Notes: generated by a model from the letters alone, not told the origin. A stretch of DNA of 64,000 nt from an uncultured delta proteobacterium (GCA_963767925.1 CAVYGB010000002.1:608001-672000); one strand, 5' to 3'. Numbered from the stretch's first letter, positions 1 to 9,613 are shown. A program made the numbers and translations.

Positions 1-417
1 CACGCCTCCACTCGCCCCAGGAAGGGTCCTTCCCCTCCTGCGCTCCGCTCCCGCCCGGCTGTCACGACCGCTGACGGGGGGCGGACCGGTCCCGCCCGGC
101 CCTATCGAACGCTGACGGGGCAGCAGACCGCTCAACCTGTTTCGAACGCTGACTGGCGGACCGCTCAACCCGGCTGTTCCGAACGCTGACTGGCGGACCG
201 CTCAACCCGGCTGTTTCGAACGCTGACTGGCGGACGCTCAACCCGGCTGTTTCGAACGCTGACGGGGCAGCAGGATCGATCGTTGTGAGTGAAGGGTCCG
301 TCCTTCTCTGCCCTGCCGGGTGTTGTGTCCGATCGCAACCAGCTGGCGTCAGCTACAGCCGCCGGGGTAGCGGAGCGGAGGAGGGGAAGGACCCTCCGTG
401 AGGCGAGTGGAGGCGTG
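1..417. repeat. ~50-bp imperfect inverted repeat (1-49 / 369-417) enclosing a ~37-bp tandem array
   Basis: cacgcctccactcgccccaggaagggtccttcccctcctgcgctccgct (1-49) is the near reverse complement of agcggagcggaggaggggaaggaccctccgtgaggcgagtggaggcgtg (369-417). About 5 copies of ttcgaacgctgactggcggaccgctcaacccggctgt lie between (~105-272). Confidence 0.85.
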
Positions 418-702
418 CAGCTCGCGTCTGCGCGAGCTTGCTAGCGCCGACGAACCGGGGCCCCCAAGCCGGTCTGCCGGCTTGGGGTGGTGAGGGCCAG
501 CGCGAAGCGCGTAAGGCCCGGCGAGCCGAGGGGAGGGACCTTTCCCTCCGAAGCGCAGCGGCAACATCCCCGGCGACCACGAACACCGAGTTTGGCGAGC
601 CGAAGGAAACACCTTTCCCTCCGGAGCCCAGCGGCGGCGACCTCGGACACCGAGTTCGGCGAGCCGAAGGAAGCACCTTTCCCTCCGAAGCGCAGCGGCA
701 AG
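369..702. repeat. MITE/REP-like dispersed element with triplicated end
   Basis: 369-560 matches the reverse complement of 9873-10027. The end unit ggcgagccga...acctttccctccg(a/g)agc(g/c)cagcggc occurs three times in ~520-700. Confidence 0.75.
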
Positions 703-785
703 ATCCACGCGAGCATCGAACCACTCCTCGAGAGGTGTGCGCTCTCCCGTCGGTGACTGCGAATGGCGGCCTGCCGCGGTGACCG

Positions 786-1976
786 GTGTCGGGTGGTGCA
801 GCCGGGGGCGGGAGCTGTCGATGGGGAAGGGAGGGGGAGCGACTGCTGCGCGGCCAGGAAGTGGGTGGGAGAACACGCGACGCTGGACCGCGCCGGTCCG
901 ATGGTGGGCGTGCCGTCGCCGCGGCCGCTGCGCGGGCGAGTCGCCGCCGGGCGATCGGCGGGATCGTGCTGCTGGTGCTGGCGGGCGGGTGCCTGAACCT
1001 GGCGCCGCCGTCGGTCACCCGGTGTGGCGAGGACCACCACATCTGCCGGGAGGACGCGGGCGCCGAAGACGGACGCAAGGATGCGTTCACCGGGGAGAGC
1101 GGGACCGACGCGGTGGCGCCGGACGCTGACTCTCCCGACTCGGACGGCCTGGACCACGCGGTCGACCTGGACCCAGCGGGCCCCGACGCGGATCCAGACA
1201 CAACGAGTGGCCCGTCGGACGTCGCCCCGGTCCCGAGCTCCGACGGACCGACCGACCTGGCCCCCGACACCGCCGTGGATCGCGCGCCCGACACCGCCAT
1301 CGACACCGCCGTGGACCGCGCGCCCGACACCGCCATCGACACCGCCCCGGACCGCGCCCCCGACACCGGTCCGGTCGCAACCTGCCCCGGCGACTCGTCG
1401 CTGCTGCTCTGCCTGCGGTTCGAGGGCGCGCTGGTCGACGAGTCGGCACCCGCCGCCACCGTCACGGGGAGCAACCTCGGCTACCAGTCCGGAACGGACA
1501 GCCAGGCGATCCGCCTCGCCAGCTCGAGCCTGCTGCGGGCGGCGGCGGGGTGGGGATCGTTCGCCAGCGCCTTCACGCTGGAGGTGTGGATCCGCCCCGA
1601 TCGCCTGCCCAGCAGCGGCGATCGCATGGGACTCTTCGACGCCGAGGGTCGCTTCGGCCTGTTCCTGCTGCCCGGCGGGGGCGTGAGCTGTTCCTCCCCG
1701 GGTGGTGAAGCGATCGCGGCGGGCGTTGTGTCGGCCGGGCGCTGGAGCGCCGTGGCCTGCACGGCGAGCGGGAGCACCCTCACCCTCTGGATCGACGGCC
1801 AGGCGGAGGACCAGGCGTACTTCGACGGCCTCTCCAGCGGATCGCCCGCCGCCCTCGCCATCGGCGGCAACCTCCCCTCGGGCGATCCCTTCGAGGGCAT
1901 GATCGACAACGTCCGCGTCTGGAGCGTCGCGCGCAACGCCCAGCAGATCGCCGCCCACCAGCCCGCCTCGCCGTAG
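786..1976 (+). CDS. LamG/concanavalin A-like jellyroll domain lipoprotein (start uncertain)
   Basis: Lipobox LAGGC, Asp/Pro-rich DTAVDRAP repeat linker, C-terminal FTLEVWIRP...LTLWIDG...FEGMIDNVRVWSVAR typical of LamG_3. Confidence 0.8.
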   Translation: MSGGAAGGGSCRWGREGERLLRGQEVGGRTRDAGPRRSDGGRAVAAAAARASRRRAIGGIVLLVLAGGCLNLAPPSVTRCGEDHHICREDAGAEDGRKDAFTGESGTDAVAPDADSPDSDGLDHAVDLDPAGPDADPDTTSGPSDVAPVPSSDGPTDLAPDTAVDRAPDTAIDTAVDRAPDTAIDTAPDRAPDTGPVATCPGDSSLLLCLRFEGALVDESAPAATVTGSNLGYQSGTDSQAIRLASSSLLRAAAGWGSFASAFTLEVWIRPDRLPSSGDRMGLFDAEGRFGLFLLPGGGVSCSSPGGEAIAAGVVSAGRWSAVACTASGSTLTLWIDGQAEDQAYFDGLSSGSPAALAIGGNLPSGDPFEGMIDNVRVWSVARNAQQIAAHQPASP

Positions 1977-2115
1977 CGCGCGCGCCGGGCTCATCGCCGA
2001 TCGCAGCGGCAGTTTCAACTCGATCGCCCCACAACGGCGCCGGCCGGCTCCGCATCTCGCGCGCGCGGCTCGAGGCGAAGATGAAAGGCGGGTACGTGTT
2101 AAACAAGCGGGCGGA

Positions 2116-2911
2116 ATGACCCTCTCACGCGGCCTGCCCGCGGCAGTGCTCGCCGCGCTCCTGTGTCTGGGCGCCTGCCGGCGCGAAAGCGCCGCGCCGG
2201 GCCTGCCGCCGCTGCTGCCCCCCGCGAACGCCGCAGCCCCTGCGCCGACCAACACCGCTGCCCCCGCTGCGCCGACTAGCGCTGTCGCCACCGCCGCGCC
2301 GGCCAACGCCGCTGCCCATGCGCCCGCCAGCGCCGCCCCCCCCCGCCGCGCCGGGCGGTTCCGGCGGGGCGACTCCGACGGCGTCCTGGACGCCCGAGCG
2401 GGTGCGTGCCTTCGTGCTCGAGGTCCACCTGTCGATCGAGAAGGTGGTCGACGACCTCACGAAGAAGCGCGACCGCAGCAAGATCATCGGCGAGTGTTTC
2501 GACGGCGAGCCGGCCGGGGCGCTGGCGAAGACGGGCGAGGTCTTGCCCCTGCTGGAGAAGAAGATCACCGGCACCGCCCTCCCCTGTTACCTGGCCAGCT
2601 ACTTCGGCTGCACGGTGGGGGCCTGGATCGGACGCGCCGGCATGGCCAAGATCGGCCCCGGCTTCGTGCCCTTCACCCGCTCGCGCGTGACCATCGTCGA
2701 ACAGACGCCCGAGCGCGTGGTCGCCGACGTCATCGAGGCCGACATCAATGTCGTCATCCACGGCGAGATCGACCGCGGCCAGATCAGCGAGAAGACCGAG
2801 GCCACCCTGAAGGAGAAGTCCCGCTACACCCTCACCCGCGGCGCCGCGGGCGTCTGGCGCATCTCCGACCGCCAGGTCTCCTTCGACGAATGGGAGTGCC
2901 GCCCCCGCTGA
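2116..2911 (+). CDS. Hypothetical lipoprotein, split by a frameshift in the C9 run at 2336-2344
   Basis: Signal/lipobox MTLSRGLPAAVLAALLCLGAC in the 2116 frame; globular, codon-biased domain in the 2318..2911 frame; the junction lies at a homopolymer. Confidence 0.65.
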
Positions 2912-2981
2912 GGCAAGGCCACGTTCCGTCGACCGCCCCGCCGTCGGCGGCCGGCACGGAGACGCACACGGATCCGTCTGA

Positions 2982-3115
2982 CAGTCGTGCACATCTCACG
3001 TGCTCGCGCTCGTATCGTGCACGTGCACGGAAGACGTGGACGGGATCCCAGTCGTGCACGTCTCACGTGCTCGGAAGACGTCCACGGGATCCGCCAGTCG
3101 TGCACGTCACACGCG
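2982..3115. repeat. Degenerate tandem repeat rich in GTGCAC/CACGTG palindromes
   Basis: 3-4 copies of cagtcgtgcacgtctcacgtgctcg(gaagacgt..acgggatcc). Confidence 0.7.
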
Positions 3116-3194
3116 GCGCCTCGACGGAGCGCCGGCGCCGGGGCGCGCAGCGCCGAGGGCGGGGCGGCGGCTATACTCGAGTGGTCCAACGCGC

Positions 3195-4409
3195 ATGCGC
3201 CGGTCGGTCTCAGCCTCGCCCTCCCTGCCGCTGGCGATCTCGGTGGTGGTGCATGCCCTGGCCGCGCTGCTGCTGGTCCGGGTGGGTCCGTGGCGGCCGG
3301 TGACCGCCCCGGCGCCGGCGCCGGAGCCCGCGCTGGAGGTGGAGCTGGTGGAGACCCCGCCGGCCACCGAGCCGGGGCCGGAACCGGCGCCGATCGCGCT
3401 GCCGCCGACCGCCCGCGCGCCCGAAGTCCCACCCCCGAGCCCACGCCCCGGGCCACGACCTGCGCCCGTCCGCGCACCGGCGCCCGCCAGGTCCGAACCC
3501 CGGGCGGCACCCCCCGCGGATCCGCCGCCGGCCACCCCCGCGCCGCGGGCGGCACCCCCCGCGAGCCCCTCGGCGGGCTCGCGCGGGCGGCCGCCGGTGG
3601 TGCTGGCGCTCGACTTCCGGGCGATCGATCGCCTCACCGACCGGGGGGTGCTGGCGCGGCCGGAGGCGCCCGGCGGGCCGCCGGCGCCGGCGGCGCCGCG
3701 GGTGTCTGCCTTCGGGCAGCGGCTGGCGGCGCGGGTGCGGGAGGATGGGGCCCGGCGCAACGTGGCTGCGGGCAAGGTGCACCCGCAGGTGTTCGACTAC
3801 ATGCGGGACGCGCGCAAGGTGTTCGCGCCGGACCCGGGCACGGTGGATCTGGACCCGCGCACGCCGAACAGCGTGAAGAACAGCCTGAAGCAGTGGGGTG
3901 GCGGCCTCCGCGAGGCGTACCGGAGCTGGCGGCGCGAGCTCGGCAATCTGAACGCCCGCACGCGCAATGATCTCGACCGGCGGGGCGTGCCCGACATCCT
4001 GGAGCACTACAACCGCATCCTCGAGGGGAACCGCAAGGGCGCGGAGGCCATCGCCTCGCAGGTCTGCCTGCTCCTCGCGCCGGGCGATCCGCCCCGGGTG
4101 GAGCTGGGCCGCAGCTCGAACAACGACGAGGTGGACCGGGCGGCGATCGATGCCCTCCGCCTCGCCGCCCGCAGCCGCCAGCCCGAGTCCGACCTCGCCC
4201 GGCAGCGCACCTGTTACCGCTTCGAGGTCAAGGTGGTGCGCGTGCCCCCGCTGCCGGTGGCCGGTTGCACCTTCGACGAGGTGGCGCTCACGGCGAGCTG
4301 CTATTACCCCCTCAAGAAGGCGATGGTCATCTCGGTGTCGGTCGACGGCGTCGACTACGACGAGGGCGCCGCCGTAGCTGGACCAGGTGCCGCGCCGGCG
4401 GCTCCCTGA
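3195..4409 (+). CDS. TonB/TolA-like membrane-anchored Pro-rich protein
   Basis: N-terminal TM with SxxxH (ISVVVHAL), long Pro-rich linker, C-terminal RSSNNDEVDRAAIDAL resembling TonB_C. Confidence 0.6.
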   Translation: MRRSVSASPSLPLAISVVVHALAALLLVRVGPWRPVTAPAPAPEPALEVELVETPPATEPGPEPAPIALPPTARAPEVPPPSPRPGPRPAPVRAPAPARSEPRAAPPADPPPATPAPRAAPPASPSAGSRGRPPVVLALDFRAIDRLTDRGVLARPEAPGGPPAPAAPRVSAFGQRLAARVREDGARRNVAAGKVHPQVFDYMRDARKVFAPDPGTVDLDPRTPNSVKNSLKQWGGGLREAYRSWRRELGNLNARTRNDLDRRGVPDILEHYNRILEGNRKGAEAIASQVCLLLAPGDPPRVELGRSSNNDEVDRAAIDALRLAARSRQPESDLARQRTCYRFEVKVVRVPPLPVAGCTFDEVALTASCYYPLKKAMVISVSVDGVDYDEGAAVAGPGAAPAAP

Positions 4410-4410
4410 C

Positions 4411-4495
4411 GCGAACCGGAGGCGAACCGGAGGCGAACCGGAGGCGAACCGAAGGCGAACCGGAGGCGAACCGGAGGCGAACCGGAGGCGAACCG
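4411..4495. repeat. 11-bp tandem repeat (ggcgaaccgga) x ~8
   Basis: Directly visible immediately after the stop codon at 4409. Confidence 0.95.
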
Positions 4496-4608
4496 CGTAG
4501 CCCGCCCGCCCCTTCCGCCCGACGCGCCCCCCCGCCCCCTTCCGCCCGGCGCGACCGCCCCCCCGCGGGCCCAAGGCTGGCGCAGAGGCGCACCTCGCGC
4601 GTGCGGCC

Positions 4609-4693
4609 GATGACCGGCTCACATGGGGTAGGCGGTCGATGACCGGTTCACATGGGGTAGCCGGTCGATGATCGGTTCCTGTGGGTAGGGATC
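4609..4693. repeat. 29-bp tandem repeat x3, each a small hairpin (gaccg...cggtc)
   Basis: gatgaccggctcacatggggtaggcggtc at 4609 and 4638, degenerate copy at 4667. Confidence 0.85.
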
Positions 4694-4795
4694 CCGAGCG
4701 AAAGATCGAAAAATCGTCTCTCTCCTGTCGGCCTGGCCGGCCCGTTATCGTCGTGTCGTTGACGCGCACCCACCGGGGTGCAACAAGGAGATGCG

Positions 4796-6103
4796 ATGCG
4801 CTCAGTGAACTTTGCCAACCTGGAGATGACGAGACGGCGATTCCTGGTGGGGTCCGGCAGCGCCGCGGCTGCCCTGGGCCTGCCCGGCTGTGCGAGCGCG
4901 CCTGCCACGCGGGCGCGGCTGACCGTGCCCGGCCTGCATGAGCTGATGGCCGCCCAGGTCGTCCCGGACAAGTTGCCGGGCGCCGTCTGGTTGATCGCCC
5001 GCGGGGACGACGTCGTCGTCGACACGGTGGGGGTCAGCGCCATCGGCGGCAGCGCGCCCATGCGCCGGGACACCATCTTCCGCATCGCCTCGATGACCAA
5101 GCCGATCACCTCGACCGCGGTGCTGATGCTGATCGAGGAGGGCAAGCTCACCCTCGATGCGCCGGTCGAGCGCTGGCTGCCCGAGCTCGCCAGCCGGCGC
5201 GTGCTCAAGCGCATGGACGGTCCGCTCGAGGAGACGGTCCCCGCCAGCCGCTCGATCACGGTGAAGGACCTGCTCACCTTCACCCAGGGGTTCGGCATCC
5301 TGTTCGAGGGGGCCCCGCCGATCGTGCGCGCCACCGTCGACCTGCAGCTCACCAACGCCGAGCCCATCCCGATGACGCCGCACGCGCCCGACGCCTGGAT
5401 GGCCAAGTTCGGGACCCTGCCGCTCATGCACCAGCCCGGCGAGCACTGGATGTACAACACCGGCAGCCTCCTGCAGGGCGTGCTGGTCAAGCGCGCGTCC
5501 GGGCAGGACTTCGACGACTTCCTCCGCGCGCGGATCTTCACCCCGCTCGGCATGCGCGACACCGGCTTCTTCGTCTCGCCCGACAAGCTCGAGCGGTTCG
5601 CCGGCTGCGGCGCCTTCACCCATCCGGAGAAGGGGCCCGTCCGCATGGACGCCGACGGCGCCCGCAGCGCCTACGCCACCGACCCGGTCTTCCCCTCGGG
5701 CGCCGGGGGGCTGGTCTCCACGGTCGACGACTACCTGAAGTTCGCCCGCATGTTGCTGGCCGGGGGGGTGCACGAGGGCCACCGGCTCCTCCGCGCCGAC
5801 ACGGTCCGCGACATGACGAAGGACCAGCTCACCGCCGAGCAGAAGGCGCGTTCCAGCTACTTCCCTCCGGGCTACTTCAACACCCACGGCTGGGGCTACG
5901 GCGTTGGCGTGAGCACCGCCCCCGACCCCATCTCCCCCACCCCCGGTCGCTACGGCTGGGACGGGGGCTTCGGCACCTCCTGGACCAACGACCCCACCCA
6001 CAACCTGGTGGCGATCGTGCTGACCCAGGGCACGGACTTCCTCTTCGCCGGCGGCCTCGAAAAGTTCTGGCGCACCCTCTACGCCGGCCTGCCCAAGGCC
6101 TGA
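4796..6103 (+). CDS. Serine hydrolase, beta-lactamase-related family, Tat-exported
   Basis: TRRRFL twin-arginine signal; FRIASMTK (SxxK), WMYN, GAGGLVSTVDDY, YGWDGGFGT motifs; alternative start 4826. Confidence 0.9.
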   Translation: MRSVNFANLEMTRRRFLVGSGSAAAALGLPGCASAPATRARLTVPGLHELMAAQVVPDKLPGAVWLIARGDDVVVDTVGVSAIGGSAPMRRDTIFRIASMTKPITSTAVLMLIEEGKLTLDAPVERWLPELASRRVLKRMDGPLEETVPASRSITVKDLLTFTQGFGILFEGAPPIVRATVDLQLTNAEPIPMTPHAPDAWMAKFGTLPLMHQPGEHWMYNTGSLLQGVLVKRASGQDFDDFLRARIFTPLGMRDTGFFVSPDKLERFAGCGAFTHPEKGPVRMDADGARSAYATDPVFPSGAGGLVSTVDDYLKFARMLLAGGVHEGHRLLRADTVRDMTKDQLTAEQKARSSYFPPGYFNTHGWGYGVGVSTAPDPISPTPGRYGWDGGFGTSWTNDPTHNLVAIVLTQGTDFLFAGGLEKFWRTLYAGLPKA

Positions 6104-6205
6104 GCGCCGAACAACCGATCTCGCCCGCGCCCGCGTCAAGCGACGTTGGTCAGCCCGATGTTCCCGGTAGCGCCGCCCTCCGGCGGGCGCTACAAGTCGA
6201 CGTCC

Positions 6206-7174
6206 ATGTCGCCGCTGCTCCTTGTCGCCGGCTTTCTGGGCGCGGGCAAGACCACCTTCCTGCGCGGGTTGATCCCTGCCGTGCGGGCGCGCGGCCTGCG
6301 GCCAAGGGTGGTGCTCAACGACTTCCAGAACGCCCGCGTGGACGCCGCCACCCTCACCGACGTCCTCCCGGATCTGGTGGCCCTCGACGGCGATTGCGTC
6401 TGCTGCGAGACCTTCGCCGACCTGCTCGAGGCGCTGGCCGCCATGACCGGAGCGCCAGGTGAGGTGGTGGTGGTCGAGACCAACGGCACCACCGACACCG
6501 GCGCCCTGCTCGAGCTGCTAGGGGGCGAGCCCCGGCTCGATCACCTGGCCCCGCCGCTCCAGGTCACGCTGGTGGACGCGCACCGCTTCGCGCGGCGAGG
6601 CTGGCAGGACACCATGGAGGAGGAGCAGATCGCCACCGCCACCCACCTCGCCATCAGCCGCCAGGACCTGGTGGACAAGGAGCGCCTGCGGCAGGTAGAG
6701 CACGCCCTGGCGGCCATGGCCCCGACCGCCCGACGAACCGACGCCCTCCGCTGCGCCGAGGAGCTGGCCGCGCTCGAGCAATCCCTGCGGGGGCGGGGCG
6801 GTCGGACGGCAAGCGGCGTGGCGGCCCCCGCCAGCGCAACGGCGCCGGGGCACCCGCACGATCACGCCCTCCACGACTTCGCCTCGTTGCAGGTGCCGCT
6901 CGATGGCGTTGTCGACGAGCTGGCCTTCCTCGATTTCCTGCGCCGGCTTCCGCCGGAGGTCCTGCGGGCCAAGGGGATCGTCGAGCTCACGGCGCCGCAG
7001 GGAGAGCGGCGCAGCTTTCACAAGGTCGACGTCCAGGTCGAGATCTCGCCCTGCCGCCTGGCGGACCCGGATGCCCTCGCCCCGGTGGCGATCTTCGTGG
7101 GCCCCAACCTTCCGGCGTCGGAGGTCCGCGCGCGCCTGCAGCGCCTGCTGGCAGCAGCCGCCGCTCCCGGGTGA
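6206..7174 (+). CDS. CobW/COG0523 G3E-family GTPase metallochaperone
   Basis: GFLGAGKTT Walker A, GDCVCC metal motif, VETNG, His-rich linker, VLRAKG CobW_C. Confidence 0.9.
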   Translation: MSPLLLVAGFLGAGKTTFLRGLIPAVRARGLRPRVVLNDFQNARVDAATLTDVLPDLVALDGDCVCCETFADLLEALAAMTGAPGEVVVVETNGTTDTGALLELLGGEPRLDHLAPPLQVTLVDAHRFARRGWQDTMEEEQIATATHLAISRQDLVDKERLRQVEHALAAMAPTARRTDALRCAEELAALEQSLRGRGGRTASGVAAPASATAPGHPHDHALHDFASLQVPLDGVVDELAFLDFLRRLPPEVLRAKGIVELTAPQGERRSFHKVDVQVEISPCRLADPDALAPVAIFVGPNLPASEVRARLQRLLAAAAAPG

Positions 7175-7344
7175 GCCCCCCGCGCCCCTCGCCGTCGCCG
7201 AGAGCCCGCTCATCTCGGCGGGGATGGCCCGGCGCGATGTTCTCCTTGAGCGGCTGGCGTCTGGCCCGCAGTCGCCGGGGGGAAGGGCAAACCCGCAGCG
7301 GCCGTCGCCTGCCCGCCTGGGACCCGGGCCTCCGGAAGCGGCCC

Positions 7345-7701
7345 TCACCTTTCTGGGAGGGGCAGACACTCCATGATCTCCACCGAGTCACCGGGGAAGA
7401 TGGTGAAGTGGGGGTGGTTGTCGAACAGCCTGGCGGCGGCTTCGTGCGACTCGGCCCGCACGATCACGTAGCCGACCATGACGTTCTTGATGTCCGTGAG
7501 GCCTTCGGGGGCGGCGCGCTTGGTCTTTCCCAGGGGTGTTCCCTTGTCGACGATGGCGGCGGCGTGTCTCGTGCCCCAGTCCATCCAGGCCTTCATGCCG
7601 GCCGCCTCGCGGGCCTTGCGTTTCTCCTCGTCCATCTGATTCCAGCCCGAGCGTTCCTGGGCGGCCTGGGTGCCGATGTAGATGGCCATGAAGTGTTTCA
7701 T
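7345..7701 (-). CDS. YciI-related protein
   Basis: AWMDW...GTPLG...GYVIVRAESHEAAARLFDNHPHF...VEIMEC; SD gaggagg upstream. Confidence 0.8.
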   Translation of the reverse strand: MKHFMAIYIGTQAAQERSGWNQMDEEKRKAREAAGMKAWMDWGTRHAAAIVDKGTPLGKTKRAAPEGLTDIKNVMVGYVIVRAESHEAAARLFDNHPHFTIFPGDSVEIMECLPLPER

Positions 7702-7734
7702 TGTCGTTGCCTCCTCGTCGGTTGCCTCTGTCGA

Positions 7735-7753
7735 TAGTCCTGATTTAGGACTA
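7735..7753. promoter_or_regulatory. Inverted repeat, putative operator between divergent YciI and HxlR genes
   Basis: tagtcct-gattt-aggacta in the AT-rich divergent intergenic region. Confidence 0.55.
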
Positions 7754-7787
7754 AAAAATCCTTCATCGCAAGTGTTATCCTCGCCGG

Positions 7788-8405
7788 GTGAGCGGGATAC
7801 GCAGCTATGGGGATCCCTGCGGGATCGCCCGAGGGCTCGACGTGGTCGGCGAGCGCTGGGCGCTGTTGATCGTGCGGGAGCTGCTCTATGGGCCCAAGCG
7901 CTTCACCGATCTCCGATCGGCCCTGGGCGCCAGCCCCAACGTCCTCTCCCAGCGGCTCGACGAGCTGGAAGCCGGGGGAGTCGTGCAGCGGCGCCAGGCC
8001 GGCGGAGCGCAATACGAGCTCACCACCTGGGGTCGAGGCCTCCAGCCCATCCTGCTGGAGCTGGGACGGTGGGGCGCGCGCGCCCAGCACCGGCCGGTGG
8101 CCGAGCTCAGCGTCGACGCGCTGATGGCCGCGCTCGAGTCCACCTTCGTCCCCGCGAACGCCACCGACCCCCGCGCCAGCTACGAGCTGCGGCTCGGGCT
8201 GGATCGCTTCGCCGTCGAGATCGCGCCCGGATCGATCGCCATCACGCGCGGCAGCCCGCCCCGACCCGACGTGGTGATCGAGACCGATCCCGGCACCCTG
8301 CGCGCCGTGGCCTTCGGCGACCGCAAGCTCGCCGGGGCGCCCCTCGAGATCCGGGGCGACGCCCGCCTGGCCCGGGCCTTCTTCAAGCTGTTCGCCCGCC
8401 CCTGA
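7788..8405 (+). CDS. HxlR-family wHTH transcriptional regulator with SCP2-like C-terminal domain
   Basis: YGDPCGIARGLDVVGERWALLIVRELLYGPKRFTDL; extended -10 TGnTATCCT 6 nt before the GTG. Confidence 0.9.
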   Translation: MSGIRSYGDPCGIARGLDVVGERWALLIVRELLYGPKRFTDLRSALGASPNVLSQRLDELEAGGVVQRRQAGGAQYELTTWGRGLQPILLELGRWGARAQHRPVAELSVDALMAALESTFVPANATDPRASYELRLGLDRFAVEIAPGSIAITRGSPPRPDVVIETDPGTLRAVAFGDRKLAGAPLEIRGDARLARAFFKLFARP

Positions 8406-8565
8406 CCGGCGGCCTGGCCCCCGTCGGCGAGAGGCCCGAATCGCACACGAGCTCGAGCAGATCGGAACCGTGAGCGCGCTCAGAGCAGGACAAAGTCGCG
8501 GGCTCACCATCGCAGTACGCCCTGACCGGGGCGCTCGCTGCCCGCCGACCGAGAGGAGCTTTCCC

Positions 8566-9507
8566 GTGAAAACAGCGTCGCCGATTCCGAGGGGTTTGCC
8601 GGAGGCACGGAGCCGAGGCGCATGCCGGCTCATGCTCGTGGTGGCCGTCGCCAGCCTGGCGTGCCGCTCCGAGACCCCAGCGCCCTCGCCCTTGCCGCGG
8701 CCGGCGCAAGCCGATGCCGGCCCCGATGGTGCGACGCCAGGTGGCGGTGGTACTGGCGGCGGTGGTGGCGGTGGCGCTGCAGGAGGTAGCGGGGGCAGCA
8801 GCCCGGAAGGTTCGCCGGGAGCTGGCGGGACCGGCCCGGACGCCGCCCCGGATCGGGCCCCCCCGCTGGACGCCGGCAGCACGCCCGACGTGCCCGCGCG
8901 CGGCCCCATCGGCAACCCGAAGCTGGACGACCTCGAGGACTGCGACCAGGCCATCCTGGCCAACGATGGCCGCGCCGGCACCTGGTACACCTACCTCGAC
9001 ATGTTCGGATCGACCCTCATGCCGGCCATGATCAGCCCGGAGATGGGCGGCGCGCCGGACAGCACCCGCTGCGCGATCCACGTGCGCGGCACCGTCGTCA
9101 GCGACCCCGCGATGATGAAATACGGCTTCGTCGGCGTGGGATTTTCCTTCACCGGCGCGACAGCTTTCGACTCGTCCGGGTATGAAGGGATCAGCTTCTG
9201 GACCCGGGGCAGCGGACAGATCCGGCTGGGCGTCGCGATCCCCGAGACCACCGACATGATGTTCGGCGGCGCCTGCACCAGCATGTGCGGAGACGCGTTC
9301 GGCGCGGTGGTCGAAGTGACGCCGGACTGGAAGAAGGTCGAGGTCAGATGGTCGGACCTGGCGCAAGCAGGCTGGGGCACCCCCGCCACCTTCGACAACA
9401 AGAAGATGGTCGGCCTCGACCTGGCCTTGCTGGGCGCCACCTTTGACCTCTGGATCGACGAAGTCGCCTACCTCCCCGCCGCCACCCCCCCAGCCACGTC
9501 ACCCTAG
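8566..9507 (+). CDS. Lipoprotein with CBM11/CIA30-like carbohydrate-binding domain
   Basis: Lipobox LAC, Gly linker, DGRAGTWYTY...FDSSGYEGISFW...WSDLAQAGWG...FDLWIDEVAY; SD gaggag before GTG 8566. Confidence 0.75.
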   Translation: MKTASPIPRGLPEARSRGACRLMLVVAVASLACRSETPAPSPLPRPAQADAGPDGATPGGGGTGGGGGGGAAGGSGGSSPEGSPGAGGTGPDAAPDRAPPLDAGSTPDVPARGPIGNPKLDDLEDCDQAILANDGRAGTWYTYLDMFGSTLMPAMISPEMGGAPDSTRCAIHVRGTVVSDPAMMKYGFVGVGFSFTGATAFDSSGYEGISFWTRGSGQIRLGVAIPETTDMMFGGACTSMCGDAFGAVVEVTPDWKKVEVRWSDLAQAGWGTPATFDNKKMVGLDLALLGATFDLWIDEVAYLPAATPPATSP

Positions 9508-9598
9508 TCGGGCCCGAGCGAAGCGAGGTAACCCGACTACTTTGAAAACAGTCCTTAGTCGGGCCCGAGCGAAGCGAGGAAACCCGACTACTTTGAAA
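9505..9598 (-). repeat. Two GTAG-type REP-like palindromes in tandem (51-bp period)
   Basis: tagtcggg-cccgagcgaagcgagg(t/a)aa-cccgactactttgaaa at 9505 and 9556; the minus strand starts GTAG; the first copy supplies the TAG stop of the upstream gene. Confidence 0.75.
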
Positions 9599-9613
9599 CG
9601 CTGCCTAGCGGCA

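Noticed and set aside
105..272. Possible CRISPR array (37-bp periodicity)
   Set aside because: Units are contiguous with no unique spacers, and there are no cas genes in the window
9505..9598. Mini-CRISPR (palindromic repeat ending TTGAAA)
   Set aside because: Only two units with a spacer under 10 nt; fits a REP doublet better
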